This document shows positions 9,304 through 17,148 of a DNA stretch of 53,488 bases, piece after piece (positions within the stretch are counted from its first letter, which is position 1; every line of letters begins with the position of its first letter). The notes beneath the pieces are model-generated. The model made no database searches and was not told the DNA's origin. It worked only from the letters and a program-made list of their open reading frames with translations. The DNA lies in NCBI GenBank assembly GCA_036265345.1, contig DATAPE010000165.1, forward strand, positions 1 through 53,488. The letters run 5' to 3'. The DNA is from Actinomycetota bacterium. Its GTDB lineage: Bacteria > Actinomycetota > CADDZG01 > WHSQ01. The translations under genes were made by a program, and so were the position numbers.

Positions 9304-10664
9304 AAGCCTGGTCCCTTCGCTATCGAAGCGAACTTGGTGTACTGACTCATGAAGGCGAGAGTGATCTTCCCGGTGGGTCCGTTGCGGTGCTTGGCAATGA
9401 TCAACTCCGCTTCGCCACGCCGTTCGGAGTCCGGGTTGTAGAGCTCATCACGGTAGAGGAACATCACGAGGTCCGCATCTTGTTCGAGCGCGCCCGACTC
9501 ACGCAAGTCGCCGAGGAACGGCCGCTTGTCCTGCCGGTACTCCACGCCGCGGTTGAGCTGGGAGGCTGCGATAACGGGAACCTGCAACTCGCGCGCCAGA
9601 ACCTTGAGCCCACGTGAGATCTCCGACACCTCCTGCTGGCGGTTCTCGGACCGTCGCGGTGACTGCATCAGCTGGAGATAGTCGATGAGGATCAGGCCAA
9701 GCCCGTGCCTCGCCTTGAGGCGGCGGCACTTCGCCCGCATCTCCATCAGCGTGATGTTGGCGGAATCGTCGATGAAGATCGGTGCTTCGGCGAGCCTTCC
9801 GGTGGCGGCCGAGAGCCGGGACCAATCTTGTTCGTTGAGAGAGCCTTTGTTGATCTTCTGTGAATCGACCTTGGCCTCTGAGGCGAGGAACCGCTTCACC
9901 ACCTCGTGACGCGACATCTCGAGGCTGAACATCACCGACGGAACTCGGTGTCGCAATGACGCATTGAGCACGAAGTCGTTGAGGAGGCTGGATTTACCCA
10001 TCCCCGGGCGTGCCGCAAGGATGAGAAGATTCGACGGCTGGAAGCCCGAAGTGATGTCGTCGAGGTCGGCAAAACCTGTCGACAGACCCGTGATCCGCTC
10101 GCCGCGTTCATACAGCAGCTCGATCGCCAGCATGTTCTCGGTCAGCAGGTCATGGATCGGGAAGTACGAATCCCTAAGGCGCCGCTCGGAGACGTTGTAG
10201 ACCAGCTCTTCCGCCTGATCGACCGCTTGTCCAACATCCTCGGGCATGGCGAACCCGATCTCCTGAACCTTGTTGCCGGCATCGACCAGGCGCCGCAGAA
10301 GAGCATGCTCCTCGACGATGCGCGCGTACTGCGCCGCCGAAGACGCGGTCGGGTAGGCATCCAGCAAGCCCAGGATGTAGGCCCGGCCCCCGATCTGCTC
10401 GAGGTTCCCGCGGCGTTGAAGCTCGTCCGCGAGGGTGACCGCGTCGGGGACCTCTCCCTTGCCGTAGAGAGCGAGGATGGTGTCGTAGATCTCGATATGC
10501 GCGGGCTTGTAGAAGTCATCTGCCTTGACGATGTCGATGACGTTCGCCACGGCTTCGCGGGATTCCAGCATGGCCCCGAGGACGGACTGCTCGGCGTCGA
10601 TGTTGTGCGGCGGTATCCGGTTGGGCCGGACCGCCTGAAGCGGAGCTCGCTGCGCCATCGCCAC
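9300..10664 (-). CDS. dnaB: replicative DNA helicase DnaB
   Basis: 454 aa. N-terminal PPHNIDAEQSVLGAML, Walker A ARPGMGKS, Walker B LILIDYLQLM, QLNR arginine-finger region. No intein. ATG at 10658 may be the true start rather than GTG 10664. Confidence 0.95.
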   Translation of the reverse strand: MAMAQRAPLQAVRPNRIPPHNIDAEQSVLGAMLESREAVANVIDIVKADDFYKPAHIEIYDTILALYGKGEVPDAVTLADELQRRGNLEQIGGRAYILGLLDAYPTASSAAQYARIVEEHALLRRLVDAGNKVQEIGFAMPEDVGQAVDQAEELVYNVSERRLRDSYFPIHDLLTENMLAIELLYERGERITGLSTGFADLDDITSGFQPSNLLILAARPGMGKSSLLNDFVLNASLRHRVPSVMFSLEMSRHEVVKRFLASEAKVDSQKINKGSLNEQDWSRLSAATGRLAEAPIFIDDSANITLMEMRAKCRRLKARHGLGLILIDYLQLMQSPRRSENRQQEVSEISRGLKVLARELQVPVIAASQLNRGVEYRQDKRPFLGDLRESGALEQDADLVMFLYRDELYNPDSERRGEAELIIAKHRNGPTGKITLAFMSQYTKFASIAKGPGF

Positions 10665-10676
10665 CCTTTCTTAACT

Positions 10677-10692
10677 TCGAACGTATGTTCGA
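10677..10692. promoter_or_regulatory. LexA/SOS-box-like operator TCGAAC-GTAT-GTTCGA (core of a 24-bp inverted repeat, 10673-10696)
   Basis: Read directly. It matches the actinobacterial/Gram-positive LexA consensus TCGAAC-N4-GTTCGA exactly, lies about 18 nt upstream of the dnaB ATG, and is adjacent to a TATAAC -10-like hexamer on the dnaB strand. Confidence 0.55.
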
Positions 10693-10819
10693 AGTTATAC
10701 ATGCCGTCCGACAGAAAGGACGGCTCATTCCTCACGCTGGAAGAGGCGCTCCTAGCTCCGAGCCGCAAAAGAACCTAGGGGGGTTGGCCTGTTGAAAGGA
10801 AGTCGACCCGTATATCTGT

Positions 10820-10856
10820 GGAAAAACACCGAGGCGGCTGGCGGCGTGGGCCAGCC
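10820..10856 (-). terminator. candidate intrinsic terminator after rplI
   Basis: On the minus strand, GGCTGGC-ccacgcc-GCCAGCC (7-bp GC stem) is followed 8 nt later by a TTTTT run, about 45 nt downstream of the rplI stop. The U-tract is displaced, so this is only moderate. Confidence 0.4.
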
Positions 10857-10900
10857 CGCTGGGGAACGACTGTGGATGGCTAAAAAACCTGGCGGGATCC

Positions 10901-11368
10901 TTAGGTGAGTTCCGCCTCGTCTTCGTGTGCGATGACTTCGACGGTCACCAGCGCGTTCACCTCTTCGTGGAGGTGGACCTCTACCTGGTGCAGACCCAGA
11001 GACCGGATGGGATCTTCCAGACGGACGTCGTGCCGGTCGATCTTCTCGCCGAGCTGCTCCTCGATGGCGCGCGCCACATCGGCGCGGGTCACGGATCCGA
11101 ACAGGCGACCGCCCTCGCCCGCGCGGGCGGAGATGTACACGGGTGAGGCGGCGAGCTGGGACACCTTGGCGGCGGCAGCCTCTTTCGCCTTCTGATCGCG
11201 TTCCGCGCGGGCACGCTGCATCAATTCGGATTGCCGAAGGGTCCCTTTAGTGGCGATCAAAGCAAGGCCCTTCGGAACCAGGAAGTTGCGGGCGTATCCG
11301 TCGGCGACGGTGATGACATCGCCCTTGAAGCCGAGGGACTCGATGTCGCTGGCGAGGATCACTTTCAT
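10901..11368 (-). CDS. rplI: 50S ribosomal protein L9
   Basis: 155 aa. MKVIL..D...LG.KGDV..V..GYARNFL.P.GLA is the classic L9 N-terminus. Confidence 0.95.
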   Translation of the reverse strand: MKVILASDIESLGFKGDVITVADGYARNFLVPKGLALIATKGTLRQSELMQRARAERDQKAKEAAAAKVSQLAASPVYISARAGEGGRLFGSVTRADVARAIEEQLGEKIDRHDVRLEDPIRSLGLHQVEVHLHEEVNALVTVEVIAHEDEAELT

Positions 11369-11376
11369 CGGTTCTC

Positions 11377-11652
11377 CTAGCGGCTCGAGTAGGGGAGCAA
11401 AGCCATCTCCCGGGCATTCTTTATCGCCTGGGCCACCAACCGTTGATGCTCGGAGCAGTTCCCGGTGACTCTGCGGGCACGTATCTTCCCGCGGTCACTC
11501 ATGAACTTGCGGAGCATCGCGATGTCCTTGTAGTCGATGTACTTGGTCTTGTCCGCGCAGAACTGGCAGTACTTCTTCTTGCCGCGGCGGATGGTTCCGG
11601 GGCGGGACGACTTGCGGTCCCGATCCCGGTCGCGATCGCGGTCTCTCGGCAC
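11377..11652 (-). CDS. rpsR: 30S ribosomal protein S18
   Basis: C-terminal part of track ORF 11377..11814, which wrongly runs into ssb. Conserved core: [63 protein letters not shown]. The GTG at 11652 lies 1 nt after the ssb stop. Confidence 0.9.
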   Translation of the reverse strand: MPRDRDRDRDRDRKSSRPGTIRRGKKKYCQFCADKTKYIDYKDIAMLRKFMSDRGKIRARRVTGNCSEHQRLVAQAIKNAREMALLPYSSR

Positions 11653-11653
11653 G

Positions 11654-12124
11654 CTAGAAGCCCCCCTCTTCCACGGGAGGCCCGCCGACGGGGGCCGGGG
11701 TGGACCAATCGGATCCGCCGGTGGCTCCACTGCTTTGCGATGCACCCTGGCGCGGGCCGCTGCTGCGTTCGGTCTTCTGGACCGTCGCCGTCGCCCAGCG
11801 CAGAGAGGGGCCAACCTCGTCCACCTGGATCTCGAAAGCGGAGCGCTTGCCGCCCTCCTGATCCTCCCAGGAGCGCTGCTGAAGCCGGCCGGTCACGACG
11901 ATCCGCGTGCCCTTCGTCAGGGACTCTGCGACGTGCTCGGCCATGTCCCGCCAGCAGTTGCAGCGGAAGAACCCGTCGAGCTTGTCCTCCCACTGTCCGT
12001 CGGCGTTCTTGTAACGGCGATTCACCGCCACCGTGAAATTCGCTACCGCTGCACCGGAAGGAGTGAACCGCAACTCGGGGTCATCCGTAACGTTGCCAAC
12101 GAGCGTCACTGTGTTGTCTGCCAT
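11654..12124 (-). CDS. ssb: single-stranded DNA-binding protein
   Basis: 156 aa. N-terminal OB fold ([32 protein letters not shown]), a Gly/Pro/Ser-rich linker and an acidic tip ending EEGGF. Confidence 0.95.
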   Translation of the reverse strand: MADNTVTLVGNVTDDPELRFTPSGAAVANFTVAVNRRYKNADGQWEDKLDGFFRCNCWRDMAEHVAESLTKGTRIVVTGRLQQRSWEDQEGGKRSAFEIQVDEVGPSLRWATATVQKTERSSGPRQGASQSSGATGGSDWSTPAPVGGPPVEEGGF

Positions 12125-12153
12125 AACTAACTCCCTTGCTCGTAGATCGCCGG

Positions 12154-12438
12154 CTACTCGGGCCGCACGATCTTGCCTCGAATGAACTCGTCGGAGATCT
12201 GGACCGTGCGCTTCAGCCTGTCCACTGCCTCTTGTGCGGCCTCGAACCTGGCGACGAAGTAATAGCCCTCGTTCTGATGGTCGATCTCGTATGCGAAGCG
12301 TCGCTTGCCCCAGCGGTCGACTTTGCCGAGCTGGCCGCCGGCGTCGGTTACCGCGGTGAGGAACTTTTCTACCGCCTTCTGGAGCTCACCTTCCTCCAGC
12401 CGGGCATCAACGATCACCATAGCTTCGTACGTGCGCAT
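12154..12438 (-). CDS. rpsF: 30S ribosomal protein S6
   Basis: 94 aa. MRTYE.M.IVD..L.E......V..........G......D.WGKRRFAYEI is a typical S6 pattern. Confidence 0.95.
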   Translation of the reverse strand: MRTYEAMVIVDARLEEGELQKAVEKFLTAVTDAGGQLGKVDRWGKRRFAYEIDHQNEGYYFVARFEAAQEAVDRLKRTVQISDEFIRGKIVRPE

Positions 12439-12570
12439 GAGCTCCTCCTATGGGCTCCACCTTCATGCGAAGGTTCAGAGGCCCCTTCGGCGGAGATCCA
12501 CCGGCGGGGCAGGGGGTTGCGGCAAAGCTCGCCGCCGTGCGGGGAATGCTAGCACCTCCTTTCTGACCGC

Positions 12571-13923
12571 CTAGCTCTCTGCGGGAACCGACTCTCCTAC
12601 CGGAGAAAAGCTAGCGGAAGGGTGCGACGCAACCGTGTCCGGGACCACATCTGGCGGGCGTCCGCGCACTCCGCTCGCGACTCGTGCGTACAGGAATACC
12701 GCGAACAGCAGGATGAGCAGAAGGGCGCGCGACCACACCCCGGCGATCAATAGCCGTTTCGCCCACGTGAAGTCCATGCCCCTGTAAACGAAGTCGTAGA
12801 ACCACCGGAAGATCCCCACGTAGACCATCAGATCGGCGATCGTGTAGGCGAGCCACCACCCCACCGAGACCTCGAGCAAGACGAAGAAAGGAAGGATCCA
12901 CAAGGCGTACTGCGGGGAGTGCACCTTGTTCCACAGTAGGAACGCGGCGAGCATGGCGCCACTGGCCTGGAGGAAGGGGAAGTGGCCGTCGCTACGGGCC
13001 CTCATCCATCCCAGCCCCAGGGCTATCGCCATGAACCCCCCCGTGAGCGCGGCCGTGACCCAGTTGAGCGTGTCCAACCCGAACACGGGCAGGGACAAGC
13101 CGCCCACGCGAGCACCGATGAACCACGACCAGATGCTGTTGTAATCCGCCCAGCGCTGCTCGTGAAAGGCGAAGGTCGCGAACCACCCGGACGCGTTGAT
13201 CAGGATGAACGGAAGGTTTATCAACGCAGGCGGGATCAGCCCCAGGAGAAGCGCTCGCGAGGCCCCCCTTCGGTCGCGGTCGAACAGCCGCTCCAGGATC
13301 AGCGGGACCAGGAAGAAGAAGGGGTAGAGCTTCAACGCCCCTCCGATCCCAAACCAGAACGCGGCCCAACCGGTTCGGTGCCGATGCCAGGACCAGAAGC
13401 CGGACACCGCAGCAGCCACCACCAAGAGGTCCCAGTTATGGAACGCATACAGGATGAGAGCGGGAGCCACCGCCCACAGCAACGCCCGTCTACCTGCCAT
13501 CGCGGCCAGGAGCACCGCGATCAACAGCGCGAACGGAGCCAGCAGCAGAGCCGACTCATAGAAGTACTCGTAATCGTTAGACGCGTTGGCGCGAGGGAGG
13601 AATGGGAGCCAATCGCCGATGTGCGCGCTGAGGTACATGAACACGCCAGTTAGTACCGGATACTCGATGGCGCCGTGACCCAACTCACCGTGGTGAAGCG
13701 TCCCGTGGATGTAAGGAAAGGTGGTTGCAACCGCGCGCGCATAGAAGAGTGGCTGGATGTCGTTGTAGCAAAGATGCGAGAACTGCCTTCCATCCCACGG
13801 CGCGAGGCACTGCGCTTTGAGCGCGTAGCCGGCTATCACGGTCACCACACAGGCGCCCACCACAAGGGCGACCGTGCGAACCGAAACCCAGCCGAGTCTC
13901 GCGGCCGGGCGGTGACCCTGCAC
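12571..13923 (-). CDS. polytopic membrane protein, GT87/DUF2029-like glycosyltransferase (position of mycobacterial Rv0051)
   Basis: Track ORF 12571..14298 trimmed to GTG 13923, which lies 2 nt after the PBP stop. About 10 or more hydrophobic helices. It sits between ponA and rpsF as in mycobacteria. Family assignment comes from memory of that synteny, not from a search. Confidence 0.65.
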   Translation of the reverse strand: MQGHRPAARLGWVSVRTVALVVGACVVTVIAGYALKAQCLAPWDGRQFSHLCYNDIQPLFYARAVATTFPYIHGTLHHGELGHGAIEYPVLTGVFMYLSAHIGDWLPFLPRANASNDYEYFYESALLLAPFALLIAVLLAAMAGRRALLWAVAPALILYAFHNWDLLVVAAAVSGFWSWHRHRTGWAAFWFGIGGALKLYPFFFLVPLILERLFDRDRRGASRALLLGLIPPALINLPFILINASGWFATFAFHEQRWADYNSIWSWFIGARVGGLSLPVFGLDTLNWVTAALTGGFMAIALGLGWMRARSDGHFPFLQASGAMLAAFLLWNKVHSPQYALWILPFFVLLEVSVGWWLAYTIADLMVYVGIFRWFYDFVYRGMDFTWAKRLLIAGVWSRALLLILLFAVFLYARVASGVRGRPPDVVPDTVASHPSASFSPVGESVPAES

Positions 13924-13925
13924 CC

Positions 13926-16157
13926 TTAGGGGCTCGAGCTCGGTGAGACGACCGGGGTTGGGGTCGGGGTGGGAGTGGGATGAGGGGTCGGGGTAGGCGA
14001 GGAGGCTGGGGACGACGAGCGCGTGGCGGATGGCGTCGGTGACGGTGGCGGATTCGTCACCTGGGCGACTGGGGAGGTGAGCGTCCCCGTCGGCAGCGTG
14101 ATAGGGGTGGCGAAGTCCCGAACCGGAAGGCCCTGAACCGCAGCCTGCATGTACCTCGCCCAGATCATCGCCGGAAACGTGCCTCCCGCGACGTTGATGC
14201 CGTGAACGGGCCGGCAAAGAAGGGGATCCGCGCAGTATTGCATCTGTGGTGTGAAGGGAGCCCTGCCCTTCACATGCTGAACCGGATAGCCCATCCACAC
14301 GACCGTTGTTAGCTGCGGCACGTAGCCGGCGAACCAGGCGTCTTCATGATCCTGAGTGGTTCCCGTCTTGCCTGCCACGGGACGAGCGATGTTGGCGGCG
14401 GTCGCGGTGCCGCTCTGCACTACGTGCGTCAACACCTGGGTAAGAACGTCGACGTTGTTTCGGGAAGCGACGGTCGTGGTGACGTCACGATGCTTGTTCC
14501 TGCAGCTCTCTTTCGCTCCCAAGTACTCGTCGAGACACCTTCCGCTCGCATCCTCTACGTAGCGGATCGGTGACACCGTCGGAAGCTTCCCCCGCGCATC
14601 GAGGGCCGCGTACGCGCGTGCATGCTCTACAGGAGTCACGGGGATCGCACCGAGGGCGAGAGAGCAGTTCGGAGCGATGTGCCTGTGGTCTGGGGTCCCT
14701 TCTCGTCCGTAGCCGAACCTGTCCAGGGTCGTCGCTACCTTCTGGGGGCCGATCTCGGTGATCAGCTGCGCATAGACGGTGTTCACGGAATCTGTGGTTG
14801 CAAGGTCCAGGTTGATCCTTCCGAACTGCTCGTCTTCGAAGTTCGCAGGTTGCCACGGCTGGTAGGAGCCCGTCGCCGGATCCTTGGTTGCGCACCTCGG
14901 GTCGGTGATGGTCACCGGGCTCGCGCCGGAAAAGGTGGTTCTCTCCGGCGATACCCCCTGGCCGATAGCAGTCAGTAGCGTGAACGGTTTCAGCGATGAT
15001 CCGGGGAACCGGCCCGGTACGTCGCTGGCGTAATCGAAGCCGGCAGCTTTCTTGACACTGTTGAAATTCCGGCCACCTATGAACGCCCGGACCTGGCCCA
15101 AAGGCGTCATTGACACCAGCGCCGCCTGCGGATCGGTCTTTTCAGTGAGCGTGGAGGCCACCGCTCGTTGCGCGTCCCGCTGCAGCCCGAGATCGAGGCT
15201 CGTGTAGATCTTGAGCCCGCAGGTGTACAGACAGTTCCCATACTTGGGATAGAGGTAGCTCTTGCGGAGCCACTCCATGAAATAGGCAGCTCTCTCGTGC
15301 TTGGCCCGCCCCGTTGCCCCCGGGGCCAGCCGAACAGGACCATGCGATGCCTTCGTTGCGCGCTGCTCGGAGACATAGCCCTGCTGCTGCATCAGGGTGA
15401 GCACGTGGTCGCGGCGCTCCTTTGCGAGCTTGGCATTGTCGTCCGGCTGATACGACTCCGGGGCCGGGATGATCCCGGCGATGAAGGCTGCTTGTGACAG
15501 CGAGAGTTGAGTCGCATGCTCGTTGAAGTAAGCACGCGCCGCGGCTTCGATCCCGTACGCGCCGCGGCCAAGATAGATCGTGTTCAGGTAGAAACCAAGG
15601 ATCTGATCCTTGCTGTACCGGTGTTCGAGCTTGACTGCGAGGATCGCCTCCTTAACCTTCCTCGAGATCGTTTGAGACGGGTCATGCAGGATGGCGTTCT
15701 TGACGTACTGCTGTGCGATCGTCGAACCGCCCTGCTGGATGCTGCCCCCGGTGATATCTGCCCACGCCGCGCGCACGATCCCTCGAAGATCCACCCCGCC
15801 GTGCTTGTAGTAGTTCTTGTCCTCGGACGAGATGACGGCCTCCCTCACGTACGGAGGCAACTGCGTGGTGTCGATCAAGAAGCGCTTGATCTCTCCTGAG
15901 TACGTCCCGATGAGATGGCCGTTCCTGTCGAAGACCTCGGCGGACTGCGTCACCTTCACGTCCTTCGGAAGAGGTATCGACGCGAACGCGTAGGCAACCG
16001 CCAGGATGCCTAGCCCGATCAATAGGGCCAGAACCGGGAAGGTCCAGCCCCATCTCAGCAGGAACCTCTGCCAGCGCGTGCGCTTCTTAGCATTGGAGGA
16101 CGGCTTGGAGGCCGGGCGGGGCGCGGTTCGCCGCGATGTGCTGCTCCCGCTCATCAT
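13926..16157 (-). CDS. ponA: class A penicillin-binding protein (transglycosylase/transpeptidase, PBP1A)
   Basis: 743 aa. N-terminal TM anchor; GT51 motifs (EDKNYYKHGGVD, GGSTIAQQYVKN, RKVKE); transpeptidase SxxK-type segment (GSSLKPF); KTGTT motif; Pro/Thr/Ser-rich C-terminal tail. Confidence 0.9.
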   Translation of the reverse strand: MMSGSSTSRRTAPRPASKPSSNAKKRTRWQRFLLRWGWTFPVLALLIGLGILAVAYAFASIPLPKDVKVTQSAEVFDRNGHLIGTYSGEIKRFLIDTTQLPPYVREAVISSEDKNYYKHGGVDLRGIVRAAWADITGGSIQQGGSTIAQQYVKNAILHDPSQTISRKVKEAILAVKLEHRYSKDQILGFYLNTIYLGRGAYGIEAAARAYFNEHATQLSLSQAAFIAGIIPAPESYQPDDNAKLAKERRDHVLTLMQQQGYVSEQRATKASHGPVRLAPGATGRAKHERAAYFMEWLRKSYLYPKYGNCLYTCGLKIYTSLDLGLQRDAQRAVASTLTEKTDPQAALVSMTPLGQVRAFIGGRNFNSVKKAAGFDYASDVPGRFPGSSLKPFTLLTAIGQGVSPERTTFSGASPVTITDPRCATKDPATGSYQPWQPANFEDEQFGRINLDLATTDSVNTVYAQLITEIGPQKVATTLDRFGYGREGTPDHRHIAPNCSLALGAIPVTPVEHARAYAALDARGKLPTVSPIRYVEDASGRCLDEYLGAKESCRNKHRDVTTTVASRNNVDVLTQVLTHVVQSGTATAANIARPVAGKTGTTQDHEDAWFAGYVPQLTTVVWMGYPVQHVKGRAPFTPQMQYCADPLLCRPVHGINVAGGTFPAMIWARYMQAAVQGLPVRDFATPITLPTGTLTSPVAQVTNPPPSPTPSATRSSSPASSPTPTPHPTPTPTPTPVVSPSSSP

Positions 16158-16259
16158 TCGAGTCTAGGTGGGGGCCACGAGCTAACCACGCATCTCCTGC
16201 AGCAGAGCAACCGTCGCAACGAGAACCGGGTTACGGGACCGTCGCGCGCTCGCGACCTC

Positions 16260-16742
16260 TTATGCCTGTGCCGCTCGCCGTCGCGCGGGCCAGAGACGCC
16301 CGGCAAGATAGGAACGCACGAGGTGGTTCCACGAGCAATCGACGCAGACCTCGACGACGTAGCAGGTGAACTGATCGTGAGTGGTCGCCAACTGCGTCAA
16401 CCAATCGTCGGGATACACGACGCGACCGTTATTGCTCTTTAGCTCGTCGCCATACACGTATCGCACCCAGCGAAGCGTGTCGTGTGAGCAGATAGGGCAC
16501 TCGGCGTCGATCGATTGTCCGATGTTCTTGCCTGCACGGAGGAGCTCTGGATGCGCATCGCATACTTCACTCGTTTGCACCTTGCCGCGCCGCAGCGCGC
16601 CGAGAACGGCGCGGCGCGCGAGTGAGTAGTCCACCGTAGGTCCCGCCTGAGCGGGAGGCGCTGAAGTGGGATCGAAAGATCTTCCCGACAAGCTCATCGA
16701 ATCATGGTAAACCGCGCCTACGACGCGGCGGAACTCGCGCAT
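16260..16742 (-). CDS. conserved actinobacterial Cys-rich protein (DUF5318-like, Rv0049 position)
   Basis: 160 aa. CPIC ... CVDC pairs suggest a zinc-ribbon-like site. It is adjacent to ponA as in mycobacteria. An internal ATG at 16697 is an alternative start. Confidence 0.65.
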   Translation of the reverse strand: MREFRRVVGAVYHDSMSLSGRSFDPTSAPPAQAGPTVDYSLARRAVLGALRRGKVQTSEVCDAHPELLRAGKNIGQSIDAECPICSHDTLRWVRYVYGDELKSNNGRVVYPDDWLTQLATTHDQFTCYVVEVCVDCSWNHLVRSYLAGRLWPARRRAAQA

Positions 16743-17089
16743 CTACGGCGCTGCCTGACTTGGCATCGCCTCGTCGTTGACGCGTCAAACCTCGTGGCGA
16801 GCCGCGATCAGCGGTCCGGTTCCTTCCACCGTGAGCTCGATCACCCGCGCGTTCATCCCCTGATGGAACGGCACATCGCGCACCCCGTGGGCGTCAGGCC
16901 TACGGTCCTGCGAGGAACAGGAAATCTGCTCGAGGGTACTTTCCCGAGGTCCCGCTGAAGGGAGCCGACCCTCCGTGGCCTCGGCTCCCGGCCGCCTGCG
17001 GTCTCGACCTGGGCCAGCCCTGCCTGGCCCCTGCGGAGGCACCTCCTGGGGGGCGGGAGGGCCATCCCGCGATGCCGTGCTATCGTTTG

Positions 17090-17110
17090 GATATATCGAA
17101 CCGATATATC
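17090..17110. promoter_or_regulatory. twin palindromic boxes GATATATC-N5-GATATATC, candidate PadR operator
   Basis: Read directly: two identical self-complementary AT-rich octamers 13 bp centre to centre, 40-60 bp upstream of the padR ATG, in an otherwise GC-rich spacer. Confidence 0.4.
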
Positions 17111-17148
17111 ACCGTGATGAGAAAGGCCACCACTTGAAGCAACCTGGA

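Noticed and set aside
11653-11814. N-terminal extension of the ORF-track rpsR model (145 aa)
   Set aside because: It overlaps the 3' end of ssb in another frame and is Arg/Ala/Pro-rich. The conserved S18 core starts after GTG 11652.
16785-17042. 85-aa minus-strand ORF in the DUF5318-padR gap as a real gene
   Set aside because: Most of it is Arg/Pro/Gly-rich. It overlaps two other equally poor ORFs and has no RBS or motif. Only the last 23 or so residues look protein-like, so it is mentioned only as a possible gene remnant.
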